Assembly: GCA_000092065.1 (NCBI GenBank)
Contig: CP000584.1
Length of the DNA: 64,000 nt
Source: Ostreococcus lucimarinus
Taxonomy: Eukaryota
Direction: 5' to 3' (one strand)
A model generated the notes under the pieces. The model worked only from the letters and a program-made list of their open reading frames with translations. It had not been told where the DNA came from and did not search any database. Shown one piece after another: positions 37,999 to 48,158 of the stretch. Positions within the stretch are counted from its first letter, which is position 1, and every line of letters begins with the position of its first letter. Made by a program: the position numbers and the translations under genes.

Positions 37999-38587
37999 CT
38001 ACGCGCCCATGTTCAGCGACATCAACTCGGCGAGCGTCTTCGTCTCGCGCAGGCGCGTGAGCTCGCCGCGGTGCGCTCGCTCCGTCTTACGAATCGACAC
38101 CGCGCCCCAGAGAAACGACGCGATCTGCGCGCGTTTCGACGCATCGTTCACCGTCAGTCGTCGCGAATGATTCGCCCGATTCGCCCGATTCGCCCCTCGT
38201 CGTCTCCCGTCGCCCCTCGCGTCGTCTCTTCGTAAACCTCGCTCGATCTCGCGCGCGGGGTCGCGTTCGCGTTCGCGTCACGATTCGCCCCGCCCGTCGC
38301 TTTCGTCGTCGCATCGCGCGAATCGCCATTCGTCCTCCCCTTCGCGCGTCTTTCGCGGTCGCGTTTCGATTCGCCCTCGACGCGTCGTTCGTTCGCCTCG
38401 CCCCACGCACCAGACACAGCAAAAACACCGTCGGCCCGTACCCCCACTTGCTCTCTCCCGGCGGCGGGTCCACGGCGTACACGACGCCGTCGATGATGAA
38501 CATCATCAGCGCCCACGCCGTCATGAACCACACGTTCGCGTTGCGTCCGATGAACGTGCTCTTCTCGAGCTCTTCCTTCGTCACCAT
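37999..38587 (-). CDS. Putative DPM2-like small two-TM ER protein (dolichol-phosphate mannosyltransferase regulatory subunit). Two exons: complement 38411..38587 and 37999..38124.
   Basis: ATG verified at 38585-38587, followed by good GC3 codon bias (MVTKEELEKSTFIGRNANVWFMTAWALMMFIIDGVVYAV...). FMTAWALMMFIID resembles the DPM2 motif YYTAWVILLPFID. A GTGCGT donor sits after ...FLLCL at 38410. A CGCGCAG acceptor at 38125 yields ...IASFLWGAVSIRKTER... and a TAG at 37999-38001. The spliced product is 100 aa. The intron was inferred by hand. Unspliced read-through (166 aa) cannot be excluded. Confidence 0.35.
38125..38410 (-). other. Putative 286-nt intron of the DPM2-like gene (GTGCGT...CGCGCAG)
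   Basis: Inferred from the donor and acceptor motifs and from DPM2-like protein length. The intron has no in-frame stop, so support is moderate. Confidence 0.3.
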
Positions 38588-38879
38588 GACGTGCGATGTC
38601 GTCGGCGCGCAGTGCCGGGTCGACGGCGGTCGACCTTTCGCGGCGGTCGGGGGTGAGGTGCGCGATCCGGGACGGGGATTTTTATGAAAACGACAGCCCG
38701 ATCGGTGTTTTGAGAACACCGTCGATCGCGACGCCGTCGATCGCGCGACGCCGTCGATCGCGATCGCGTCGATCGAGATCGCGCGATCGCGATCGATCGC
38801 GCGTCGACGCCGGCGTCGACGTCCATCCACGCGGCCGCCCATCCATTCGTCGGCGCGACGATTCGACGAGCGCGCGTCG

Positions 38880-39370
38880 CACACGTCGACGACGACGTCG
38901 ACGACGACGGCGATGCCGACGGCGACGACGACGACGGCGTCGGCGACGGACGGGACGGCGGCGAAACGACGCGAGGGGGCGAAGACGACGAAGAAGACGA
39001 CGGGGAAGGCGACGACGACGGGGCAGGCGACGACGGCGCGTCGCGACGACGACGCGACGACGACGGCGACGACGACGACGGCGACGGCGACGGCGACGAC
39101 GACGAAGAAGAAGACGCGAAACGGCGCGAAGAGGGACGGTGGCGTCGGTGGGGACGCGGTGAAGACGGATTGGGCGAACGACGCGATGGGCGACGATCCG
39201 CGCGTCGAGGCGAAGGCGAAGGCGAACGCGCCGGCGAAGAACGGGAAGAAGACGCGCGGGAAGACGACGGCGACGGCGGCGACGACGACGCCGAAGAAGA
39301 AGGAGGCGAACGGGACGACGACGACGACGACGACGACGGGGATGGTGAAGAAGGCGCGAACGCCGCGAGC
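38880..39370. repeat. GAC/GGC/GAAG-rich low-complexity trinucleotide tract encoding the Thr/Ala/Lys-rich N-terminus of the KH protein
   Basis: Seen directly: runs of gacgacgacggcgacg. Confidence 0.7.
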
Positions 39371-40394
39371 GGAGCGAGGGGCGCCTCGCGCGGCGGCGCC
39401 GGCGGCGAAATCGGCGACGCCGACGCGCGCGCCCGCGGTGGGACCGCCGATGACGATCACGCGGGGGGAGAGCGTGCAGAAGTGGTCGAACTCGACCACG
39501 CGCGCGGCTTTGCGCGTGGAGGCGTCGATTCGGGATTGGATTCGCGCCGACGGCGGGCGCGAGCTCGCGCGCGAGCTGCAAGAGGCGCTCTCCTGCGGCG
39601 ACGGTCACGTGACGATGCAGGTGTGCGAAGAAAGCGGGTCAGGCGCGCTTTTCGTGGGCTTACACTGCGGCGAAGCAAAGTTTGCGCACGCCCTGCAACG
39701 CGTGCACGCTCTGGTGGAAGTGAAGCTCGACGACTGCGTGCGCATTCGTCGACGCACGGGCGTGGCGGATATGCTGGAAAACGAACGAATGAAAATCCAG
39801 GCGGAAATCGACGCCGGACTTCGTTGCGAATTCACGCTCGGGTACAAGGCGATGCAAGACTTGCTGCTCGACGGCGGCGATAAGCTGAATCAAGTCAAGG
39901 AGGTGTGCGACGTCGAGCGCGTCGTCGTCGATCCTCGAAAGCGCACGATTCGCATCGTCGGCGCGGACGCCGCCGAAGTGTCTCGAGCGAGAGACATGCT
40001 CGAAGTCGCGTACGAAAGCATCGAAGACGTGCCAGAGTTGGCGTTGCGCATGATCATCGGTAAAGGTGGCGCCAAAGTGAACGACATTCAGCAGCGTACC
40101 GGAGCAAACATCAAGGTGGACTGGGACAAAAGCGCCGTCTTCATTCGCGGACCGCCGTCGGCGGTCAAGTCGGCGATGATTCTCGTCAAGTCGTGCATCA
40201 AGACGTACGAAGTGGAACATGTCGAAGTGACGTACGACCAACTCGACGAAGTTCGCGGCGAGCTCGCGCGTTTGGACATGGAATGGGGCGGAAGCCCGGT
40301 GCACTACGTCCAAGGCGGTCGCGGCGGCGGTCGCGGCGGCGGTCGCGGCGGCGGTCGCGGTCGTCGAAACGATCGTTCCTCCACGGCGGCGTAA
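38913..40394 (+). CDS. RNA-binding protein with KH domain(s) and a C-terminal RGG box. Long T/A/K-rich low-complexity N-terminus.
   Basis: ATG verified at 38913. KH GXXG loop in LRMIIGKGGAKVNDIQQRTGANIKVD. C-terminal GGRGGGRGGGRGGGRGRR. The N-terminal 150 aa are encoded by GAC/GGC-rich trinucleotide repeats. Confidence 0.5.
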   Translation: MPTATTTTASATDGTAAKRREGAKTTKKTTGKATTTGQATTARRDDDATTTATTTTATATATTTKKKTRNGAKRDGGVGGDAVKTDWANDAMGDDPRVEAKAKANAPAKNGKKTRGKTTATAATTTPKKKEANGTTTTTTTTGMVKKARTPRAERGAPRAAAPAAKSATPTRAPAVGPPMTITRGESVQKWSNSTTRAALRVEASIRDWIRADGGRELARELQEALSCGDGHVTMQVCEESGSGALFVGLHCGEAKFAHALQRVHALVEVKLDDCVRIRRRTGVADMLENERMKIQAEIDAGLRCEFTLGYKAMQDLLLDGGDKLNQVKEVCDVERVVVDPRKRTIRIVGADAAEVSRARDMLEVAYESIEDVPELALRMIIGKGGAKVNDIQQRTGANIKVDWDKSAVFIRGPPSAVKSAMILVKSCIKTYEVEHVEVTYDQLDEVRGELARLDMEWGGSPVHYVQGGRGGGRGGGRGGGRGRRNDRSSTAA

Positions 40395-40410
40395 CAAATA
40401 TCATTGTGTT

Positions 40411-40424
40411 ACCCTAAACCCTAA
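40411..40424. repeat. Interstitial telomere-like motif, two tandem CCCTAAA units (ccctaaaccctaaa), in a 3' intergenic region
   Basis: Seen directly, 17 nt after the KH-protein stop codon. It is identical to the terminal telomere repeat unit. Confidence 0.6.
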
Positions 40425-40477
40425 ATATCCGGTTATTGTGTAATCTATGCCTTATTAATGCCCGCTAAAGTCTAAAT

Positions 40478-41170
40478 CTAAGCCAGAATCGTCGCCCCGA
40501 CACCCTTGCGAAGCCGCAAAGCCGCGCGCCTCTTGCGCTTATAGTCTTCCCGCCACGCGTCTCTCTCTTCGTGCCATCGCTCCAACATCTCCTTTTCCTC
40601 GGGCGCCTTCCACGCGCGCGCGATGGCATCGATACCTGAACTTTCATCGATCCCCAAAACCGCCGCCGCGCTCACCTTTTCGCGCACATCGCGAACGACT
40701 TTCCGACGTTTTTTCCGTCTCGCCGGCGCTTCGTTCGCGGCGTCGCGCTTCGTGACCCCATCTCGGTCCCGCGCGCCATCGCCGCGCCGCGCGGTCTCGT
40801 CTCCCTCCCTCATCATCGTCGTCGTCGTCGTCGTCATCCGTGCGCCATCTTCTCCCTTCCGCGCATCCGAACCGCCGAACAACGACCACGTCGCCGTCTC
40901 CGGCTCGAACCCGCGCGCGAAGTCAAACCCGTCCGCCGTCGTCACGTGTTTGTCGCTTCGCGCGTACGACGCGCGAATCGCGTCGACGTCCACATCGCTC
41001 GCGGCGTCATCGCTCGCGTCCGCGTCGCCGTCCGCGTCTCGATCGCGCGTCCGAACGAGCGCCTTCACGTCGCCGCCGCCGACGAAGTGTTTTCCAATGT
41101 CCACCGCGCGCAGCGGTTTGCTCGTCCTCGCGGGCGCCTTGGACGCGCGCGCGGATTTCGGGGCGCGCAT
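40478..41170 (-). CDS. Basic/acidic low-complexity protein, possibly a nucleolar or rRNA-processing factor; family uncertain
   Basis: ATG verified at 41168-41170. The KKRRK-type basic C-terminal half fits a nuclear localisation signal. No confident domain. Confidence 0.3.
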   Translation of the reverse strand: MRAPKSARASKAPARTSKPLRAVDIGKHFVGGGDVKALVRTRDRDADGDADASDDAASDVDVDAIRASYARSDKHVTTADGFDFARGFEPETATWSLFGGSDARKGEDGARMTTTTTTMMREGDETARRGDGARDRDGVTKRDAANEAPARRKKRRKVVRDVREKVSAAAVLGIDESSGIDAIARAWKAPEEKEMLERWHEERDAWREDYKRKRRAALRLRKGVGATILA

Positions 41171-41304
41171 GACGCGCGCGCGTCGCTCGCGCGCGCGCGC
41201 CGGTCGCCGTCGCGTCGCGTCGCGTCGCTTCGCGTCGCGCGGTTCGGAGTGACGCGGTCGGGCCGCGACGGCGTCACTCGGCGACGCGCGAGCGACGCGC
41301 GAAA

Positions 41305-43485
41305 ATGTCCGAGGCGTCGATCGCGCGCGCGTTTCTCGAGGCGAGCGACGCCGCGGCGGCGCTCGCGGCGCGCGCGCGACGGCGCGTGGACGCGCCCGCG
41401 GGCGGCGCGAGCGACGGTTCGCCCGGCTCGGTCAGCGCGTCGATGGACGCCGAGGTAGACGCGTACGTCGCGCGAGTCAAGGCGCACGCGAAACTCAAGG
41501 CGTGCGTGGACGCGATGACGCACGCGCAGCGGTGGGAAGACGCGAACGAGGCGTTGAAGGCGCTGGAGATTGATTTGGCGAGGCGAATTGAATCGACTTT
41601 TAAAGCGTTGGCGCGGGGGACGCGAGAGCTCGAGGACGCGCTCGTGGACGCCAAGGCGACGCCGGACGTGTTCATTGATTTCACGCCGCGCGGTACGGTC
41701 GAGCGCGGTCGACGCGGGCGGGAGATTTGGAACGAAAATATTCTCGCGGCGACGCGAGAGCCGCGAGACGAAAATAGCGACGAAGCGATGGAGGCGTCGA
41801 GCGACGACGCGATCGAGGCCTTCGGAGGCGATGAAAACGACGGCATGGAACGTAAACTCACAGATGATGAAGCTGTGGAGCATGAACCGTCGCCTAGGTT
41901 GGGTCGTCGGCTCTCGGCCGAGGACGCCGCGATGCGAATCCAAGCCGTTTTTCGTGGGTTCCGCTCTCGTTCCAGGACAAACATCGAAGCCAGGCGTGAA
42001 CTCGAGCATCTCGGGATGATTGCGAGCGCGAAGCACTCACAAAGAAAGTTCAACGATTTTAGCGAGTTAAAGCGGCGGAACGAGTTGCGTTCACGCAGCG
42101 CAAAGCAGCTCGCGGATCTCGAGGCAAACATTCGGCGGGATTTGCTCTCTTCGCGACGCGAGAGCATCAAAGACGAAATTAAAGCGGTGCGAGAGGCGCA
42201 AGCGCTCGATATCATTATCACAGACGATAACGCGCATGCCACAGCGATCACCTCGAACGACGAGGACGTCCCCACGCGATTGTGTCGCGCGGTGGAAAAG
42301 TATCGTCGGCGCTGGGCCGATTGCTCGCAGGTGAGTTTGAACGCCTTCGACATCGATCACGTGCGATCGAGTGTGTTGCAGGAAGTCACGAATGCGCTGA
42401 GAGCTGAAATCGAGGACGAAGCTCGCGCGCTGGAGGCGCAAAATAAAAAGACGAAAGTTGGAAAGAAGAAGAAGGGTTCGGCTGAGGCGCCTGGCGCGAA
42501 AAAGTCATCCTCGACGAAGAGTAAAGCGGCGCCGTCGAAGAAATCCAAAGGCGCAATCAAGCAACAAAGACAGCGAGGGATGGAAACGATCGATCCTGAT
42601 CTCTTAAAAACATTCGCGAGATTGCAGATGGTCGAGCCGACGCCACTCGATGGCCGTCTTGATGACTATCTCGGCACCGGCGGCGAACGGCGTAAAGGAC
42701 ACGAAGATTCCACAATGCTCGAGGTCGCTCAGCTTCGCCATGTTCTCGCGGTGTCGGTGGCGATTCCACTCACATCGCAACGTGTGCATGAGCTCGCGCC
42801 GCACATGAAGTGCGTGCTCTTGGAGGGATTAGCGGCGAGCGGCAAGTCGTACCTCGCGCGTCTGTGCGCCGCCGAATCCGGATGCGCGCTGTTCAATCTC
42901 TCGCCCGATCGACTCGCCCGCGCCGAGGCGAGCGGAGAAAACCCCAAATCACTGATGAAATACGTCTTCCAAGCCGCGAAGACGATCGCCCCGAGCGTGA
43001 TTTTCATTCGAGATGTCGACGCGTACTTTCCCGAGAAGAGCAAAAAAACGAAAGCAACCGACGCGGAGTGCGCTCGCAAGCTTCGAAAAGACTTGATGAA
43101 GGAAATCAAAGCGCTGAAACCAGGCTCGCGCGTCACTGTCGTATGTACGCGAACGATCGCGAACGACGTGGCATCGTCGAGCGACCCAAAAGGTTTCGAA
43201 AAGATGTTCAATCTTCGCCTCGAGGCGCCGCCGCCGGATTACGGCGGTCGTCGGCGAATCCTGGCCAAAGCCTTGGAGGCGATATCGGTCGATCCGGTCG
43301 ATCCAACGCGTCGACGCACGGGCGACGACGCGAGCGCCACGCTTGCGTGCTACGCCACCGCGGGCATGACCACCGGCGCGCTCTTCGCGCTCGTTCAAAA
43401 CGCCCGCGACGACGTGAGATCTTCCCGAGATCCTTGGCGAGCGCTCCTTCGCCGCGTCGAATCCGACGCCGCGTCGAAACATTGA
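41305..43485 (+). CDS. IQ motif plus C-terminal AAA ATPase domain protein (IQCA1/DRC11-like axonemal nexin-dynein regulatory complex subunit)
   Basis: ATG verified at 41305. IQ motif AAMRIQAVFRGFRSRSR. A P-loop-like GLAASGKS lies in ...CVLLEGLAASGKSYLARLCAAESGCALFNL...VIFIRDVDAYF, then a second region with a Walker B-like IFIRDVD. This architecture matches IQCA1 by established knowledge. Confidence 0.45.
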   Translation: MSEASIARAFLEASDAAAALAARARRRVDAPAGGASDGSPGSVSASMDAEVDAYVARVKAHAKLKACVDAMTHAQRWEDANEALKALEIDLARRIESTFKALARGTRELEDALVDAKATPDVFIDFTPRGTVERGRRGREIWNENILAATREPRDENSDEAMEASSDDAIEAFGGDENDGMERKLTDDEAVEHEPSPRLGRRLSAEDAAMRIQAVFRGFRSRSRTNIEARRELEHLGMIASAKHSQRKFNDFSELKRRNELRSRSAKQLADLEANIRRDLLSSRRESIKDEIKAVREAQALDIIITDDNAHATAITSNDEDVPTRLCRAVEKYRRRWADCSQVSLNAFDIDHVRSSVLQEVTNALRAEIEDEARALEAQNKKTKVGKKKKGSAEAPGAKKSSSTKSKAAPSKKSKGAIKQQRQRGMETIDPDLLKTFARLQMVEPTPLDGRLDDYLGTGGERRKGHEDSTMLEVAQLRHVLAVSVAIPLTSQRVHELAPHMKCVLLEGLAASGKSYLARLCAAESGCALFNLSPDRLARAEASGENPKSLMKYVFQAAKTIAPSVIFIRDVDAYFPEKSKKTKATDAECARKLRKDLMKEIKALKPGSRVTVVCTRTIANDVASSSDPKGFEKMFNLRLEAPPPDYGGRRRILAKALEAISVDPVDPTRRRTGDDASATLACYATAGMTTGALFALVQNARDDVRSSRDPWRALLRRVESDAASKH

Positions 43486-43671
43486 CAAGTAATGTAGGTA
43501 ATATTGAACAAGCGAGCAATTTCAAGGGTAATGTAATCTAATGTAACGTAACTAAAGTTCCGCCCCCTCGCGGCGATAAAATGTCTAAATTTTTGGCTTC
43601 GCGGCGTCGTCCGCGTCGCGCGTAATCGCGCCGCCGGAACGCCGCCTTCGCCGTCGACGCGCCGTCGCTCC

Positions 43672-44082
43672 TCACACCCACGGCTGATCGCGATCCTCCA
43701 ATAACTCTTCAATCACCACCGACGCGATCGTCGCCACGCACGCCACGCCCAGCGCCGTCCCCACGCTCTGTCCTCGCCAGTGAAAGAACCCCGCGCACAG
43801 CACCGCGCCCGTCCCGCTCGACAACCAATCGTACGACGCCATCTTCCGCATCGTCGCGTTCGCATCGAACGCCTTCGCCCCGTCGCTCCCGCGCGCGTTC
43901 GCATCGAGCGTCTTCGCTCGATCTTCGCCCTCGCGCGCGTCCCTCTCGCCCGCGCGCGCGTCGTCATCGCGTCGCCGCGCCGAGATACGCATCGTCCCCG
44001 CGCGACGCGATCGCGTCGTCGCGCGCGCCGACGCGACCGCGCGCGGCGCGCGCACCGCGCGCGCGGGCGTCGACAACATCAT
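43672..44082 (-). CDS. Small hypothetical protein with an N-terminal presequence-like region and a C-terminal glycine-zipper-like TM segment
   Basis: Tandem ATGs at 44077-44082 (MMLSTPARA). The C-terminal hydrophobic part is SSGTGAVLCAGFFHWRGQSVGTALGVACVATIASVV. Weak. Confidence 0.2.
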   Translation of the reverse strand: MMLSTPARAVRAPRAVASARATTRSRRAGTMRISARRRDDDARAGERDAREGEDRAKTLDANARGSDGAKAFDANATMRKMASYDWLSSGTGAVLCAGFFHWRGQSVGTALGVACVATIASVVIEELLEDRDQPWV

Positions 44083-44348
44083 TCGAGCGCTCGTTCGGCG
44101 CGCGCGTCGTTCGGCGGCTCGCGCGCGCGTTCGGCGTCGCGAAGTGCGCGCGCGATTCGTAACCGTCCGTCCCGAGGTGACTTTTTCGTCGCGACGTCCG
44201 GGGAACGAATCGAAACGCGCGCCGCACACGCGCGCGATCGCGCGATTGCGCGCGTCGCGAGCGGGCGTCGATGACGAAAAATGCGACGCGCCCGGCGACG
44301 ACGCGATCGCGCGACGTGACGCGTCGCGCGACGCGCGCGCGGCGCGCG

Positions 44349-45092
44349 ATGATGACGGTCGCGATGACGGTCGCGGTGGCGGTGATGACGCGCGGCGCGC
44401 GCGGGGACGGCGACGAGGGCGCGAAGAGGGGCGCGATAGAGATGCGAGCGGATGATTTAGAAGACTACCTCGCGCGGGCGCCGATCGAGGTGACGATCGC
44501 GACGAAGTTTTACGCGCCTTGGTGCGGGCACTGCAAGACGCTGGCGCCGCTGTGGGACGACTTCGCCCGACGCGGGGCGAACGAAAACATCATCGCGCTG
44601 TCCGTCGACGCCAGTGGGGCGAACGCGAAGGCACTGAACGCGAAGTTCAACGTTCAGGGGTTCCCGACGCTGTTTTTCTTCAAGGGCGGCGCGGCGTACG
44701 AGTACTCGGGCAAGCGCGCCGTCGACGACCTCGTCGACTTCGCGCGCTCGCCCTCCAAATTCGCCCTCGGTCGCGCCTACGCCGTCGACGACGCCACCAA
44801 CGCCTTGGTTTTCGCCAAACCACCGTTCCGCGTGCTCCTCCGCGACGTCTCTCGCGGCATCGCTCGCGATTACGCCCGCGTCGTCGGCAAACATCCCCAG
44901 CTCCTCGTCGCCGTCTTCGTCCTCGGCGTCTGGCTCGGCGCGTGCGCCGTCGGCGCCGCTTTCTTCTTCACCGGCGACTACGCCGCCGCGAAGCAATGGC
45001 GCGAGTTCATCGCTCGCAACGCCGACGCCATTCGCGCCGCGAACGCCGCCGCCGCCGCCGACGACGCCTCCAAAGGCAAAAAAACCAACTAG
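44349..45092 (+). CDS. Thioredoxin-related transmembrane protein (PDI/TMX-like): signal peptide, one thioredoxin domain with a CGHC active site, and a C-terminal TM helix
   Basis: FYAPWCGHCKTLAPLWDDFA...NVQGFPTLFFFKGG. C-terminal LLVAVFVLGVWLGACAVGAAFFF. The start was chosen at the MM preceding the hydrophobic signal; the listed ATG at 44271 is the alternative. Confidence 0.6.
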   Translation: MMTVAMTVAVAVMTRGARGDGDEGAKRGAIEMRADDLEDYLARAPIEVTIATKFYAPWCGHCKTLAPLWDDFARRGANENIIALSVDASGANAKALNAKFNVQGFPTLFFFKGGAAYEYSGKRAVDDLVDFARSPSKFALGRAYAVDDATNALVFAKPPFRVLLRDVSRGIARDYARVVGKHPQLLVAVFVLGVWLGACAVGAAFFFTGDYAAAKQWREFIARNADAIRAANAAAAADDASKGKKTN

Positions 45093-46068
45093 TCAGCAGT
45101 GCAATCCAATCGCCCCGGGCGAAAATATCTGTTTCGCGCCGGACGTATCTTTTTCCCGGGCGCGGAACGGCGCCGTGAAACCTCTGATGGCGTTCGCGCG
45201 CGCTCGAATATGCGACTATGACCCCCCGATCGCGATAAATGCGCGCCCGCGTAAGCGCGCCTCCGTCGCCCGCGCCCGCGCGGTTGGTCGCGCGCGGCCG
45301 CGTCGACGCGAGCCCGCGACGCGCGCGACGCGACGTCCGCATCGGCGCGAGCGCACGTCCGCGCGACGCCGCGCGAATCGACGCGCGCCGTCGCGTCGGA
45401 CCGCGCGGCGTCGCGACCGCGCGCGCACTCTTCGGCGCCACCGCGGCATCGGTTGAAAACAATTCGCGATACGGCGCGACGACGATCGGCGTCGAATTGC
45501 GAGGTGCGCGAGATGCGAAAGCGCGCGCGCGCGACGACGATCGATGCGACGATATTTATGCGCGCGAACGCGCGGTCGACGGCGCGCGAACGCGCGATGG
45601 GACGATGCGCGGCGCGATCGAATGGGACGGCTCCGGCGCCGCGGATGCGAGCCGGAGGTGACGCGCGATCGCTCGAGGCGGTGCGACGACGGCGCGCGAC
45701 CGCGGGCGCGGGGCGCCGAGGGCGGCGATGGGGGAGGGAATATGCGGGGAACGGCGCGGCGCGCGGGGGGGGGGCGCGCGGACGCTGAGACGCGCGCGGA
45801 CGGCGGCGGGACGCGCGCGCGCGGGACGCGCGGGAGATATCGCGCGCGCGCGACGCGCGGGACGGGGTCCGGAGAGAGCGGGCGTCGCGCGCCGACGCGG
45901 TGCGCGGTGATGGATGGTCGATGAGTGCGCTCGCGCGCGCGTCGTGCGTCGCGGGCGGCGATGGCGCGAAGAACGAGGCGAAGAGAGACTGACGAAGGCG
46001 CGACGCGGACAGGGTGGCTCGCCGCAGAAGCGAAGTTCGCGGAATTCCGACGGTGAGACGCGCGTGCG

Positions 46069-47739
46069 ATGTCGTTGAGTACGTCTCCCGTGCTCGCGGC
46101 CGCGGCCTCGAACGATCTCGCCCAGGTGCGATGGTTGCTCGAGCGGGAAAACGTGCCGGTTGATTTCATGGGCGACTGGTACGCCGAGCCGCGAAACGGC
46201 GGGAAAGGCTTGGAGCGACAGCGGCGAACGCCGTGCATGGTGGCTGCCTCGCACGGGTCGCTGGAGGTTTTGTTGTATGTGTTACAGATGGGCGCTGACC
46301 CGAATATGCGGAGCGAGGACGATGAGCGGTGCACGGCGATGCACTGCGCAGCGGCGGGGGGGGCGGCGTTGAGCACCGACGCCATCAAGACGCTGCTGTT
46401 GTTCGGGGCGGATAGGAACGCGCGAGACACGTATGGGCGCGTTCCCGCGGATTGTCTCCCCGGAACGACGAGCGAGGCGAATTTTAATGGTTCAGACGCA
46501 GGTGGTTCGAGCTCGGGCGGGAGCGCGAGCACGGGAGGGAACGGGCGAGGGCACGGCGGTCCTGGTTCGGGCGCCGCGGTGAACTCGCAGGGGGTGGTTT
46601 TGCAAGATCCGGACGACGACACGCTGATGAGCGACGAATTCAGAATGTACGAATTTAAGATTCGAAGGTGCTCGCGGACGAGGGCGCACGATTGGACGGA
46701 GTGTCCGTACACGCATCCGGGCGAGAAGGCGCGCCGACGCGATCCGAGGAGGTTCAACTACTGCGGCACGGCGTGTCCGGAATTCCGCAAAGGCTCGTGC
46801 CCGCAAGGCGACGTCTGCGAATACGCGCACGGCGTCTTCGAGTGCTGGCTGCACCCATCGAGATATCGCACGCAATTATGCAAGGATGGCGCGGCGTGCG
46901 ATCGTCGCGCGTGCTTCTTCGCGCACCACACGTCGCAGCTTCGAGTACCGACGGATGCGTACGGGAACCCGACTGGCAACCTGTCGCCGAACACGCCGTC
47001 GCCCACAGGGAGTGGGTCGCCGCAGAATGGCTCGCCGAGACAATCGAGCGCATCGCTCGATTGGTCCATGGCGCGCAATAGCGAGAGCGATAGCACGCAT
47101 AACATGGCTGCGGCGATGCTCAAGGGCAACGCGATGATGGGCGCCGGCGCCGGCGCGTTCGCCGCCAACGGCGCCGTTCCGGGCATGTCGTTCCCACCAC
47201 TTCCTCGTGTGGACTCCATGTTGCTTCAGTCACAGTACGGACAACAACAGTCGCAGCAACAGCACGGACAATCGCCGACGATGCCGCAACAGCAGCTCCA
47301 CCAGCAACAGATGATGGCCAACTACGTGTCGTCAATGTCGGGGATGTCGGGCGTCACCGGCGATCTTCAGGGTGCGATGCAGGGCGCATTCCCGCTCGGT
47401 TACAGCTCGATGATGCAAGGAAATGGAATGTTCAATCAAGCGGATCCATCTTTACAGGCGCATCAGATGTTACCGCAGCAGCAGACTTCCGCGGCGTACA
47501 TGGCGGGCGGAAACGTTGGTGGTGTGGGCGCGGGATTAAAGTCGGTCCAAAGTCAGAGCAGTGGAAGCGGAGGATCCACGATCTCGGAACAACAAGGATT
47601 GTACGCGGGCGCCAAACTATTTACTTTACCACCGAACGGTGTGCGGCAGGCACACATGCGTCGCAACTCTTCCTCGTTTCAGCACCTTGGTATGATCGAA
47701 GGCGTGTTGGACGGGACGGATGGAGAGCTTCGCCAATAA
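46069..47739 (+). CDS. Ankyrin-repeat plus tandem CCCH zinc-finger protein (plant OXS2/AtC3H-like), with a Gln-rich C-terminus
   Basis: ATG verified at 46069. ANK repeats: [16 protein letters not shown]...[27 protein letters not shown]: C.....C.YAHG..E...HP, plus C......C....C.FAHH. A poly-Q/M low-complexity tail follows. Confidence 0.6.
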   Translation: MSLSTSPVLAAAASNDLAQVRWLLERENVPVDFMGDWYAEPRNGGKGLERQRRTPCMVAASHGSLEVLLYVLQMGADPNMRSEDDERCTAMHCAAAGGAALSTDAIKTLLLFGADRNARDTYGRVPADCLPGTTSEANFNGSDAGGSSSGGSASTGGNGRGHGGPGSGAAVNSQGVVLQDPDDDTLMSDEFRMYEFKIRRCSRTRAHDWTECPYTHPGEKARRRDPRRFNYCGTACPEFRKGSCPQGDVCEYAHGVFECWLHPSRYRTQLCKDGAACDRRACFFAHHTSQLRVPTDAYGNPTGNLSPNTPSPTGSGSPQNGSPRQSSASLDWSMARNSESDSTHNMAAAMLKGNAMMGAGAGAFAANGAVPGMSFPPLPRVDSMLLQSQYGQQQSQQQHGQSPTMPQQQLHQQQMMANYVSSMSGMSGVTGDLQGAMQGAFPLGYSSMMQGNGMFNQADPSLQAHQMLPQQQTSAAYMAGGNVGGVGAGLKSVQSQSSGSGGSTISEQQGLYAGAKLFTLPPNGVRQAHMRRNSSSFQHLGMIEGVLDGTDGELRQ

Positions 47740-48158
47740 TCAAGCAAATCAATAATTCAAAGAGCAAAGACGCGCGTCTTACAGCTCTAGCACGCAGATT
47801 AAGTGTATTCTAGCCAAATTGCGTCGGTTTGAACGAAACAGTTCTCACCGAACAGGTTTATCCTTGAAATCGGCCGGCGGTCTCCGGTAATTATTATTCC
47901 AAGCAGCCGGATCAAGCCACTGAAGTATTCTCAATGTGAGCTGGGTACACCATTTGTACTCTCGCACGACAACGGCCGACTTCATGATAAACCTCCTGTA
48001 CTCTTTTATCCGCAGGATATTCGCATTTACAATCACACATACGCACCGCACCGCACATATTCTCTTCGTTAACATTTCATCTTCTTCACATCCATCATGT
48101 AATTGATATCGGAACGAATTGATTGATCAGTATTTCATTTTATTTTACATCGACGCGA

